Part shown: positions 35,865 through 46,837 of the stretch, in pieces | Numbering within the stretch: the first letter of the stretch is position 1 | How the letters are laid out: each line of letters starts with the position of its first letter | NCBI RefSeq assembly: GCF_036971445.1 | Contig: NC_091473.1 | Location: 190,340,001-190,404,000 of the forward strand | Reading direction: 5' to 3' | Length of the DNA stretch: 64,000 nucleotides | From: Narcine bancroftii | Taxonomy: Eukaryota | Made by a program: the position numbers and the translations under genes | The notes under the pieces: model-generated | What the model was told of the DNA's origin: nothing | Databases searched by the model: none | Seen by the model: only the letters and a program-made list of their open reading frames with translations

Positions 35865-36082
35865 GTGGGTAGTGCGGCGGTTGATGCAGTGCTGGCAATC
35901 AGGGCTCAAATCCATGCTGTCCGTAAGGCTTGACTGTGGGGGGGTTCCCTTCGGGGTTCCAGTTTCCTCCCATCCTTCAAAACATACTGTGTTGGGGGGG
36001 AGGGGAGGGTTTGTTGGTCAATTTGGCGGCACGGGGTCATGGGCCGGAAGGGCCTGTTACTGTGCTGTATGACTAAAATTAA
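35865..36082 (+). mobile_element. tRNA-derived V-SINE (HE1-like), internally deleted
   Basis: gggctcaaatcc B-box remnant, ccagtttcctcccatcc and tail gggccggaagggcctgttactgtgctgtat. Confidence 0.65.
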
Positions 36083-36099
36083 GTCTTACGGTCTTACAG

Positions 36100-36778
36100 G
36101 ACTTGCGGCCTGGTGGTGGAGTCGGGCCTGGGCACCTCGTACACAGCGCCGGTGCTCGATGGGTATGTCCTGCCGCACGCGACCTACCGCCTCGATCTGG
36201 CCGGCAAAGAGTTGACCCGCTACTTGGGCCAGATGCTGGAGGAGAACGGCAACAGGTTCTCGGCGGACGAGACCCATGTGGTGGACGACATCAAGGTGAC
36301 CCGCTGCTACGTGGCGCAGGAGTTCGCCGAGGAGATCCTGGCCGACGAGAGCCAGTACCTCACTGACTACCGGCTGCCCGATGGCCACCTCATCAGTATC
36401 GGCAACGAGCGTTTTCGCTGCCCTGAGGCCCTCTTCCGACCTGCTGCGGTGGGACTGAGTGAAGACAGCCTCCATACCCTGGTGGCCCGCAGCCTGCAGT
36501 CCTGCCGGCCAGAGGCCCAGCCCAACCTGCTGGCCAACATTGTCCTGGCTGGCGGCTCCTCCATGTTCCCCGGCTTGGCCAGCAGGTTGCAGAGGGAGGT
36601 GGACGGGGTGGAGCAGAGAGAGGGGAAGCCTTATGTCTACGCCGCGCCCCAGCGCCAGTTTGCCACCTGGATTGGCGGCTCCATCATTGCCTGCATGAAT
36701 ACCTTCCAGTCCATGTGGCTGAGGAGGGAGGAATACCTGGAGAGGGGGCCTGGTGTGGTGCACCGCATGTGTGTCTGA
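36100..36778 (+). CDS. Actin-related protein (ACTL7/ACTL9-like), coding exon 2
   Basis: ttacag| acceptor restores G-R-T-C-GLVVESG; then RLDLAG..CYVA..YRLPDGHLISIGNERFRCPEALF..NIVLAGGSSMFPG..WIGGSIIA..FQSMW..EY.E.GP.VVHRMCV*. Confidence 0.93.
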
Positions 36779-37199
36779 GGGAGGGGAGAGCCTTCCTCAG
36801 GGTGGGGGTTGGGGGGGTTGGGAATGTAACGTAGGGTGACAAGGGTCTACGGAATAAACAGAGTCAATGTGTCAATACAGCCCCAGATGTCTCATTCGCC
36901 CAGTTCACCCCATCCCCCTCCATGTGCCCTCCTCCCCTGTTCCCCCCACCCTTCCCCATTTCCCCCATCTCCCTGCCCTGTTCCCACCCGCTCCTGTCTC
37001 CTTCCCCGATCCCCGTCACCCATCTCCTCCCCATTCCCACCCATCTCCCTCCCCCATTTCCCCACGCACTGTCTCCCCGTCCCCCCACCCACCCTCTCCC
37101 CATTCTCCCTACCCATCTCCCCTCACACCCATCTTCCCGTTTCCCCCTTGCTTCCCTCCCCACTTCACCTTCCACCTGGACACCCTCCAACCGGATGGC

Positions 37200-38310
37200 A
37201 ATACATAAGAACACAAGTAACAGGAGCAGGAGTTGGCCACTCGGCCTGTTGACCCTGATCCCCCATTCAATGAGATCACGGCTGATCTGATCATTGACTC
37301 AACTCCACCTTTCCCCCATATCCCTTAATTCCTTTTTTATGTAAAAATCTATTTCACTGAACTTTAAATATGTTTTATGAAGTCACCTCAACCATTTCCC
37401 TGGGCTGAGAATTCCACAGATCCACTACTCTCTGGAAAAAACAGTTTTCCCTCATCTCCATCTTAAATCTACCCTGAATCTTGAGCCTATGTCCCTTAGT
37501 TCTGGTCTCACCTACCAGTGAAAACAAATTTCCTGCCTCTATCTTATCTCCCTTTCATAATTTTATATGTTTCTATAAGATCTCCTCTCATTCTTCTGAA
37601 TTCAAGTGAGTATAATCCCAGACGATTAAGTCTCTCCTTGTAGGTCAACCCCCTCATCTCAGGGATCGACCTGGTGAACCTCCTTTGGACGGACTCCGAG
37701 GCCAGTCTATCCTTCCTCGAGTATGGAGACCAGAACTGCACCCAGTTAACCGGGTGCAGCCTCACCAGGACCTTGTACAGTTGCAGCACGACCTCCCTGC
37801 TCTTGAATTCGATTCCTCAGCGATGAAGGCCGACGTTCCATTTCGCTTCTTAATAGCCCGTTGGACCTGCAACCCAAGGTTTTGCAATTCATACACAAGC
37901 ATGACAGCAGGCTGATGTCTTTCACCATTTCAATAATCTGCTCTTTTTTTCCACCCAAAGTGGATGACATCGCATTTACTAATGCTGTCCTCCATCTGCC
38001 AGACCTTTACCTACTCACCTAACCTAACTATGTTCTTCTGCAGCCTTTCCACACCCTCTGCACAGTTTGCGCTTCCACTCAATTTTGTATCATCCGCAAA
38101 CCTGGCCTCACGACCCTCTGTCTCCTCTTCCAAATCATCAAGGTAAACGGTGAGTAGCTGCGGGCCTAGCACCAACCCCTGTGGCTCCCCCACTTCCCAC
38201 TTCCTGCCAATCAGAAAATCCCCCACTTATACCGACTTTCTGCCTTCTGTCAGTTAACCAATCCTCAATCCGTCCCAAGCACTTCCCCCCAACTCCATTC
38301 ATCTGTATCT
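37200..38310 (-). mobile_element. CR1 fragment, continuing at about 45950-46870 after nested insertions
   Basis: PQGLVLGPQL..RFADDTKL..LQLYKVLVRLH..VQRRFTR..RGDLIETYKIMKG. Confidence 0.88.
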
Positions 38311-38422
38311 TATTTTTTGAATATTTTATTTATTCAACATATATAATGTCAAAAATCAAGAACATTACAACATAGCTACATAATAAAAAAATAACAAATA
38401 TATGTTGAAAATCTATAAAAAC

Positions 38423-39077
38423 TGTTACGAGCCCAGAGGACCCAAAACCCAGCAGCAATAGATATTCACCAAGACAAATTGTTACTTAAAAGTTGCTTTT
38501 AATTATCTTTAAACATGAAAACAGGATCAAACTTTAACTTATCACTATTAACTTACTTTACCTAACTTAACCCCCTTCTAATTCTAAGCGCACATGTGTG
38601 TAATGTGTGTGTAAGTTCAGAAAAGTTCTTTGGTTCACAGTCCAATCTCACTTCTCATTCCTCCAAGTTCACTGGTTGCAGGCAATTCTTATACATTTAA
38701 CATAAAGTTCACCAGGCTTTGGTGCTTGAAAGGTAAATGGTTACCGCTCAGGAAGGTTCTTGTTGGTTTTCAGAGAGAGATTTGTTGTTCCAGGACATCC
38801 ACAACTGATGTACTTCCATCAGCCACTCCAGTGTCTTGCTGACAAAACTTGTCCCTTTCAGGGTTTTCCAGATGATAATCTCTTTCTTTCAGGTCACCAC
38901 AGAGTTTCCTTTTTGTTTCCCTTATTCCAAGTGAAACATTAGACAGCGAGTCCTCTCCTCTTGCATGAACCACAAGGGCTTTTATCAGGCCATCTTCCAA
39001 ATGGGGCTTTCCACGAGTTTGCCAGCTTGTCCTGTTCCATCCCAGCTGCTTCTGCTGGCTGTAACACTGTAGAAGAA

Positions 39078-39116
<39 letters not shown>

Positions 39117-39423
39117 AGAAAGCCTGTTTGACTCTTTCTCCTTGCAAAACCACATGACCCTCCTAGAACAGCAAGATCTCTTCCGGACAATCTGTTGCTC
39201 CAGCCTGCTCTCTCATCTGTTGCCTTTGGTAAACAACAATCCATTAGTGAAGTCTCTTGGGCACTCTCCAAAGCTCTTGAAAAGGCTGAGTAGCCAATAT
39301 GTCTAGCATGGGACAGAGCTTGAGTATTTCAAATAAGATCTGTTTTAAAGTGTTTTTATGTGACCTATTCTAACAAACCTTTCCCAATTTATCTCCAAAA
39401 ACATATCTATACACTCTGTCACA
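38423..39423 (-). mobile_element. Solo LTR (about 1.0 kb), probably Gypsy-type
   Basis: TGTTAC...GTCACA termini and layout similar to the LTR at 49019-49719. Flanks share only AAC, so the TSD is imperfect. Internal (CT)n at about 39080-39112. Confidence 0.7.
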
Positions 39424-39889
39424 AACATAAAGCACTGAAAAAAACTACAAACTACAAAAAAACCCTAATCCCAAAACGAATATGTAAAATATTCATTGTA
39501 AAACTATTACAAATAATTAAGTCCGATTGCATTAGTTGACCTTCAAAGACCTCAAAAACATCATAAAATAATTATATTTTTAGGGAAAACTTCAGTGATC
39601 AAGAAAAATGAATTCTAAATTCATAATTTTTTTTTTTTTTTAAATTTTTTATTTTTCACACCATAAATCACAATAGCCATGATATACACTTTTTCTTTTC
39701 CACACATTTACAGTGACTTTTTCTCCCTCCCCCCTCCCTCCTCCCAAGCCACCCCCCCATCCCCCCCCCCTCTCATCCATTTTAGTTATACAATCTAGGT
39801 TGCATTAATTCAGTTAGACAATGTTGTCATTCAACAAAAATACACCAGAAATTCTACTGAGTCCATTCTTTTCTTCTCCTTCCATCAAC

Positions 39890-42800
39890 TTAGGTAATGT
39901 TTGTTCCCGGTAGGTTTTCGCTATTGTATTTAATGTAAGGCTCCCATACTTGTTCGAATATTTCAATATTATTTCTTAAACTATATGTTATTTTTTCTAA
40001 TGGAATACATTTATTCATTTCTATATACCATTGTTGTATTTTCAAATTATCTTCCAATTTCCAGGTTGACATAATACATTTTTTTGCTACAGCTAGGGCT
40101 ATCTTAACAAATCTTTTTTGTGCATCCTCCAAGTCAATTCCAAATTCTTTATTTTTTATGTTACTTAGGAGAAAGATCTCTGGATTCTTTGGTATATTGT
40201 TTTCTGTTATTTTATTTAATATCTGATTGAGATCATCCCAAAATTTTTCTACTCTCTCACATGTCCAGATTGCATGAATTGTTGTTCCCCTTTCTTTTTT
40301 ACATCGAAAACATCTATCAGATACTGTTGGGTCCCATTTATTTAACTTTTGCGGTGTAATGTATAGTCTGTGTAACCAATTATATTGTATCATACGCAGC
40401 CTCGTATTTATTGTATTTCTCATCGTTCCAGAGCATAACTTCTCCCATGTTTCCTTTTTTATCTTTATATTTAAATCTTGTTCCCATTTTTGTTTAGTTT
40501 TACCATTTGTTTCCTCATTTTCCTTTTCTTGCAGTTTAATATACATATTTTTTATAAATCTTTTGATTAACATTGTATCTGTAATCACATATTCAAGGTT
40601 ACTTCCCTCTGGTAAACTCAAGTTGCTTCCTAATTTATCTTTCAAGTAGGATCTCAGTTGGTAATATGCCAGCGCTGTATCTCCCGTTATATTGTACTTA
40701 TCTCTCATTTGTTCAAAGGATAAGAATCTACTTCCTGAAAAACAATTTTCTATTCTTTTAATCCCTTTTTTTTCCCATTTTCTAAAGGCAAGGTTGTCTA
40801 TTGTAAAAGGGAGTAGCTTATTTTGCGTCAATATTAGTTTTGGTATTTGGTAATTTATTTTATTTCTTTCTACATGAATCTTCTTCCATATATTGAGGAG
40901 ATGGTGTAATACTGGAGAAGTTCTATGTTGTACCAATTTTTCGTCCCATTTATATAATATGTGTTCAGGTATCTTTTCCCCTATTTTATCTAATTCTAGT
41001 CTCGTCCAGTCTGGTTTTTCCCTTGTTTGATAAAAATCTGATAGGTACCTTAATTGTGCGGCTCTATAATAATTTTTGAAGTTTGGCAATTGTAAGCCTC
41101 CTTGTTTATACCATTCTGTTAATTTGTCTAGTGCTATCCTCGGTTTCCCCCCTCTCCATAAAAATCTCCTTATTATTTTCTTTAACTCTTTGAAGAATTT
41201 TTCTGTCAGTTGTATTGGCAATGCCTGAAATAAGTATAGTATCCTTGGAAAAATGTTCATTTTAATACAGTTTATCCTTCCTATCAGTGTTAGTGGTAGC
41301 TCTTTCCAATGCTCTAAATCGTCCTGTAATTTTTTCATTAGTGGATTGTAATTGAGTTTATATAATTGGCCTAGATTTTTGTTTATTTGCACACCTAGGT
41401 ATCTTATTGCCTGCGTTTGCCATCTGAATGGGGATTCCTCCTTAAATTTTGAGAAATCCGCGTTATTCATAGGCATTGCTTCACTTTTATTTACGTTTAT
41501 CTTGTATCCCGACACTTCTCCATATTCCTTCAATTTCTTATATAGTTCTTTTATTGATAGTTCTGGTTCTGTTAAGTACACTATCACATCATCCGCAAAC
41601 AGACTGATTTTATATTCCCTGTCTTTTATTTTTATTCCTTTTATATTATTATCTCTTCTTATCGATTCTGCTAGTGGTTCTATAGCTAGCGCAAACAATA
41701 ATGGTGATAGTGGGCATCCCTGCCGCGTTGACCTGCTTAAGTTAAATTGCTTTGATACATGTCCATTTACTGTCACTTTCGCTAACGGTCCCTTATATAA
41801 TGCTTTAATCCAATTAATATACTTCTCCGGTAAACTGAATTTTTGCAATACTTTGAACAAGTAATTCCATTCTACTCTGTCGAAGGCCTTCTCTGCGTCT
41901 AAAGCAACTGCTACTGCCGGTGCTTTATTTCCTTCTACTGCATGAATTAAGTTAATAAATTTACAAATATTGTCTGTTGTGCGTCTTTTTTTGATAAATC
42001 CAGTTTGGTCTAAATTTACCATTTTCGGTACCTGTTCTGCTAATCTGTTCGCTAATAGTTTAGCTATTATCTTATAATCTGTGTTTAGCAAAGATATTGG
42101 TCTATATGACGCTGGTGAGAGTGGATCTTTCCCTTGTTTTAGTATCACTGTAATTATTGCTGTTTTACATGAATCTGGTAAGTTTTGTGTCTCATCAATC
42201 TGGTTGATTACATCCAGGAGGGGCGGTATTATTAGGTCTTTAAATGTTTTGTAGAATTCTATTGGGAGTCCATCCTCTCCTGGTGTCTTATTATTTGGTA
42301 AATTTTTTATTATCTCTTGTATTTCTACTGTTCCAAATGGTTCTGTTAATTTATTTTGTTCCTCTATTTGTAGTTTTGGTAGTTCAATTTTAGTCAAAAA
42401 TTCATCTATTTTCCCTTCTTTCCCTTCGTTTTCGGTTCGGTATAATTGTTCATAGAATTCTCTGAAGTTTTCCTTAATTTCTTTTGGATTATATGTAATT
42501 TGTTTGTCTTTTTTCCTTGTTGCCAATACCATTTTCTTAGTTTGCTCTGTCTTAAGCTGCCATGCTAGGATTTTGTGTGTTTTTTCCCCTAGTTCATAAT
42601 ATTTCTGTTTTGTCTTCATTATATTCTTCTCCACCTTATATGTTTGTAATGTTTCATATTTTATTTTTTTATCCGCCAATTCTCTTCTTTTGGTTGTATC
42701 TTCCTTTATTGCTAATTTTTTTTCTATGTTTATTATTTCCCTTTCCAACTGCTCTGTTTCCTGATTATAGTCCTTCTTCATCTTGGTTGCATAACTTATT

Positions 42801-43687
42801 ATTTGCCCTCTAATGAATGCTTTCATTGCGTCCCATAGTATAAACTTATCTTCCACTGATTCCGTATTTACTTCAAAGTACATTTTTAATTGTTTTTCAA
42901 TAAATTCTCTAAAATCCTGTCTTTTAAGTAGCATGGGGTTTAATCTCCATCTATACATTCTTGGAGGGATGTCTTCTAGCTCTATTGCCAATAACAGGGG
43001 TGAGTGGTCCGATAATAGTCTAGCTTTATATTCCGTTTTCCTAACTCTCCCTTGTATGTGGGCTGATAACAGGAATAGGTCTATCCTTGAGTATGTTTTA
43101 TGTCTAGTCGAGTAGTATGAGTATTCCTTTTCTTTTGGGTTTTGTTTCCTCCATATGTCCACAAGTTTCATTTCTTGCATTGATTTAATTATAAATTTGG
43201 TTACTTTGTTCTTCCTGTTAATTTTTTTCCCCGTTTTATCCATATTTGGATCCAAATTCAGATTGAAATCCCCTCCTATTAGTATGTTCCCTTGCGTATT
43301 AGCTACCTTCAAAAAGATATCTTGCATAAACTTTTGATCTTCTTCGTTAGGTGAATATATATTAAGTAGATTCCAAAGCTCTGAATATATCTGACATTTT
43401 ATCGTAACATATCTCCCTGCTGGATCTATTATTTCCTCTTCTATTTTGAATGGCACATTTTTGCTAATTAATATAGCCACTCCTCTTGCTTTTGAATTAT
43501 ACGATGCTGCTGTTACATGTCCTACCCAATCTCTCTTTAATTTCTTGTGCTCCAATTCAGTTAAGTGTGTTTCTTGGACAAATGCTATATCTATTTTTTC
43601 CTTTTTCAGTAAATTTAGTAGTTTCTTCCTTTTAATTTGGTTATGTATTCCATTAATATTTAGAGTCATATAGTTCAGCGTAGCCAT
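39890..43687 (-). CDS. L1 ORF2: APE endonuclease, reverse transcriptase and C-terminal cysteine-rich domain (1265 aa)
   Basis: TLNING..QETH..GGDFN..SRID..SDHSP; PGEDG..YRPISLLNTDYKII..DAEKAFDRV..TRQGCPLSP..LFADD..YLG; CFRC..H..WTC. Confidence 0.96.
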   Translation of the reverse strand: MATLNYMTLNINGIHNQIKRKKLLNLLKKEKIDIAFVQETHLTELEHKKLKRDWVGHVTAASYNSKARGVAILISKNVPFKIEEEIIDPAGRYVTIKCQIYSELWNLLNIYSPNEEDQKFMQDIFLKVANTQGNILIGGDFNLNLDPNMDKTGKKINRKNKVTKFIIKSMQEMKLVDIWRKQNPKEKEYSYYSTRHKTYSRIDLFLLSAHIQGRVRKTEYKARLLSDHSPLLLAIELEDIPPRMYRWRLNPMLLKRQDFREFIEKQLKMYFEVNTESVEDKFILWDAMKAFIRGQIISYATKMKKDYNQETEQLEREIINIEKKLAIKEDTTKRRELADKKIKYETLQTYKVEKNIMKTKQKYYELGEKTHKILAWQLKTEQTKKMVLATRKKDKQITYNPKEIKENFREFYEQLYRTENEGKEGKIDEFLTKIELPKLQIEEQNKLTEPFGTVEIQEIIKNLPNNKTPGEDGLPIEFYKTFKDLIIPPLLDVINQIDETQNLPDSCKTAIITVILKQGKDPLSPASYRPISLLNTDYKIIAKLLANRLAEQVPKMVNLDQTGFIKKRRTTDNICKFINLIHAVEGNKAPAVAVALDAEKAFDRVEWNYLFKVLQKFSLPEKYINWIKALYKGPLAKVTVNGHVSKQFNLSRSTRQGCPLSPLLFALAIEPLAESIRRDNNIKGIKIKDREYKISLFADDVIVYLTEPELSIKELYKKLKEYGEVSGYKINVNKSEAMPMNNADFSKFKEESPFRWQTQAIRYLGVQINKNLGQLYKLNYNPLMKKLQDDLEHWKELPLTLIGRINCIKMNIFPRILYLFQALPIQLTEKFFKELKKIIRRFLWRGGKPRIALDKLTEWYKQGGLQLPNFKNYYRAAQLRYLSDFYQTREKPDWTRLELDKIGEKIPEHILYKWDEKLVQHRTSPVLHHLLNIWKKIHVERNKINYQIPKLILTQNKLLPFTIDNLAFRKWEKKGIKRIENCFSGSRFLSFEQMRDKYNITGDTALAYYQLRSYLKDKLGSNLSLPEGSNLEYVITDTMLIKRFIKNMYIKLQEKENEETNGKTKQKWEQDLNIKIKKETWEKLCSGTMRNTINTRLRMIQYNWLHRLYITPQKLNKWDPTVSDRCFRCKKERGTTIHAIWTCERVEKFWDDLNQILNKITENNIPKNPEIFLLSNIKNKEFGIDLEDAQKRFVKIALAVAKKCIMSTWKLEDNLKIQQWYIEMNKCIPLEKITYSLRNNIEIFEQVWEPYIKYNSENLPGTNIT

Positions 43688-44286
43688 TTTATATTTTGTT
43701 TATCTTCTCTTTCCGTTTTTCCATCATTACCTTTCCTCCTTTTCCATTTCTGTTTTCTTATTTTCAACTCTTTACCAGACAACATTCCTACAACATCCAA
43801 CATTTTCCTTATTCTCCTATTTCTATCTTCTTTATCCCCAATCTCCCCTTCCCCTCCTGAGTTGCCCTTTATCCCTTGTCGGACAACCACATCTCCCCTC
43901 TCCATTTGGATTTGCGAATCCACTCGCAAGCGTCAACTGATTTTGCAGTGACCGCTCTTTTCCCCCACCCAGCCCCCCCCAGAAAAGATTTCGTTTTTTA
44001 TATGTCACAAAGGTCACTCTTTTAGTTCCCTCCTTATTCTCTCTATTCCATTACCTTCCCTTATTAATTCTTGTCTATACTCTCTATGTTTTCCTCTAAT
44101 TACAGATACTTTCACATATGCCCATTGTCTCTATTCACTCTTATACCTCTTTACCCGCATACATATCAATCGTGGTCATTTTTACCCTCCTTACCCGTCT
44201 TCATCCCTCAGTCTATTTTTGTCTTTACCCACATATATATCAATCGTGATAATTTTTGCTCTCATTACCCGTCTTCATCCCTCAGT

Positions 44287-45504
44287 CTATTTTTGTAATT
44301 GTTCTGCAAATTTTCGTGCTTCTTCTGGATCCGAGAATAGTCTGTTTTGTTGTCCTGGAATAAATATTTTCAATACCGCAGGATGCTTCAGTGTAAATTT
44401 ATATCCTTTCTTCCATAAAATCGCTTTTGCTGCATTGAACTCTTTTCTCTTCTTTAGGAGTTCAAAGCTTATATCTGGATAAATGAAGATTTTTTGCCCT
44501 TTATACTCCAGTGGTTTGTTGCCCTCTCTTACTTTTTCCATTGTCTTCTCCAGTACCTTTTCTCTTGTAGTATATCTTAGGAATTTTACTACAATAGATC
44601 TTGGTTTTTGTTGTGGTTGTGGTTTAGGGGCCAATGCTCTATGTGCCCTTTCTATTTCCATTTCTTGCTGTAGTTCTGGACATCCTAGGGCCTTAGGGAT
44701 CCATTCTTTTATAAACTCCCTCATATTCTTGCCTTCTACATCTTCCTTAAGGCCCACTATCTTTATGTTATTTCTTCTGTTATAATTTTCCATTATATCT
44801 ATTTTTTGGGCTAGTAATTCTTGTGTCTCTTTAGTTTTTTTATTAGATTCCTCCAATTTCTTTTTTAAGTCTTCTACCTCCATTTCTGCTGCTATTGCCC
44901 GTTCTTCCATCTTGTCCATTTTTTTCCCCATTTCTGTTAAGGTCATATCCATTTTATTTATTTTCTTTTCTGTGTTGTTTATTCTTCTTCTTAAATCATT
45001 GAATTCCTGTGTTTGCCATTCTTTAAATGACTCCATGTATCCTCTAACAAGAGCAAGTACCTCCTTTACCTTGCCTTTCTTTTCTTCTTCTATTTCCCTG
45101 TACTCTTCTTCTTCCTCTAGGTTGACCGTCTGTTGTTTCTTTGCTGCCCTTTCCTCCTCTTCTTTCTTGTTTCCATTGTCTTCTGTGGTCTCTTCTTGCT
45201 GCAGGTGTTCTGCAGCTGTCGTTGCCGGCTGTGGAGATCGACTCCCCAGCTGGTCCCCCCTCCCGTCGGTGTGTTTTTTTTCATGCGCATCGCGCATGCG
45301 CGACTCCTCGCGCATGCGCGGTTGCGCACTTTTACTCGGCTCTGTGAGCCATTGTTGTAGTTCTCTTTCTACCGACCTGAGGTAGTGGGGTCTTCTCTCC
45401 ACAGCGGGCCTCTTCGGACAGGTAAGGCCTTCACCTTTTTCCTCCGTTGTCTTCTCTTCCTCTCTTCTTTCCGTTGATTTTGATTTTTCTCCTTTTGTCT
45501 CCAT
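44287..45504 (-). CDS. L1 ORF1 (coiled coil plus RRM/CTD; 405 aa)
   Basis: Coiled coil, then ENYNRRNNIKIVGLKE..EIERAHR..PRSIVVKF..IFIYPDIS..HPAVLKI. Confidence 0.93.
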   Translation of the reverse strand: METKGEKSKSTERREEEKTTEEKGEGLTCPKRPAVERRPHYLRSVERELQQWLTEPSKSAQPRMREESRMRDAHEKKHTDGRGDQLGSRSPQPATTAAEHLQQEETTEDNGNKKEEEERAAKKQQTVNLEEEEEYREIEEEKKGKVKEVLALVRGYMESFKEWQTQEFNDLRRRINNTEKKINKMDMTLTEMGKKMDKMEERAIAAEMEVEDLKKKLEESNKKTKETQELLAQKIDIMENYNRRNNIKIVGLKEDVEGKNMREFIKEWIPKALGCPELQQEMEIERAHRALAPKPQPQQKPRSIVVKFLRYTTREKVLEKTMEKVREGNKPLEYKGQKIFIYPDISFELLKKRKEFNAAKAILWKKGYKFTLKHPAVLKIFIPGQQNRLFSDPEEARKFAEQLQK

Positions 45505-46550
45505 CTTCTTTCCACCTTTATACTCATTTTTCTTTAACTTGTATTTCTGTGCCTTTGTATTTTCTCTTGTTTTTCCCGACTTTTCTGGAGAGGGCTGGAG
45601 TTCACCGTCCGGCCACTACTCCATCACGTGACTCCCCCCTAAATTCATAATTTTAACTTTATTATTTTTGCATACGAACCCCAAATTTGCAAAAATATAA
45701 AATATTTATCCCTTAAATTATACGTAATTCTTTTCTAATGGAAGAGAGCTTTGAATTTGAATTTGAATGTCCTATCTCTCTAATCTCAGATTTCCGTGCT
45801 TAAGCCTCACATTTTCTTGCTATTACCAAAACCAACTTGAGTTTTAATTGGGAATCTGACAACAAATATTTTGGAGTAACACTTTCAAAATTTCGCAACA
45901 AAAGCAATTCAGGGTTTAAAGGAAAATTCACTCCTGTTATCCATCGTAGAAATCATCTAGATATTACTGATAATTCTCTTGTGCAGCTCCTTATCAAATA
46001 CCTTCTGGAAATCCAAATATACATTAATCCGTTCCCCTCCATCTACCGCACCCATTATCCCCTCAAAGAACTCCAGCAAGTTTGTCCAACAAGACCTGCC
46101 CCTTTCTGGATCCCCGCTGCCTCTGCCTGATGGAACCCATTCGTTCTAAATGTCTCGCTATTTCATCCTTAATGACGTTAAGCCAACTGGCCGATAGTTA
46201 CCCATTTTCTGCCTTCATCTGTTTTTAAAAAGAGGCGTGACGTTTGCTGGCCAGGACCTGCCCACAATCGAGAGAAGTTTGGTAAACGACGACCAACGCA
46301 TCGACTGTAAATCCCGCCGTTTCTCTCAGTACCCCGGGACGCATCCCATCAGGACCGGGGGATTTGTCCGCCTTCAGTCCCATCGGCTGGCTCCTCGGTA
46401 TCTCTTCTGTCCCAATTATTGAGTCCCTCCCCTCCCTTCGCATCCCTCTCACCATTCTCCACCATAAAGACTGACCCACAATATCTCTTCAATGCCTTGG
46501 CCATTTCCTCATTACTCAACATCTTCCAAAGGACCCAATGTTGACGCTAG

Positions 46551-46837
46551 TCTTTCTTTGGCTTGGCTTCGCGGACGAAGATTTATGGAGGGGGTAAAAA
46601 GTCCACGTCAGCTGCAGGCTCGTTTGTGGCTGACAAGTCCGATGCGGGACAGGCAGACACGATTGCAGCGGTTGCAAGGGAAAATTGGTTGGTTGGGGTT
46701 GGGTGTTGGGTTTTTCCTCCTTTGCCTTTTGTCAGTGAGGTGGGCTCTGCGGTCTTCTTCAAAGGAGGTTGCTGCCCGCCAAACTGTGAGGCGCCAAGAT
46801 GCACGGTTTGAGGCGAGAGTTTGAGGCGAGAGTGACT
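46551..46837 (-). mobile_element. Short 5'-truncated RTE LINE (3' end)
   Basis: Near-identical to 50755-51020, with a (GAAA)-type tail. Confidence 0.92.

Larger units (their letters stand above)
39631..45638 (-). mobile_element. Full-length, apparently intact L1-clade LINE (6.0 kb)
   Basis: 5' G-run, two intact ORFs and a poly(A) tail (T-run at about 39627-39641). The 16-bp TSD CTAAATTCATAATTTT is at 39615-39630 and 45639-45654, with a TT|AAAA target on the minus strand. Confidence 0.96.
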
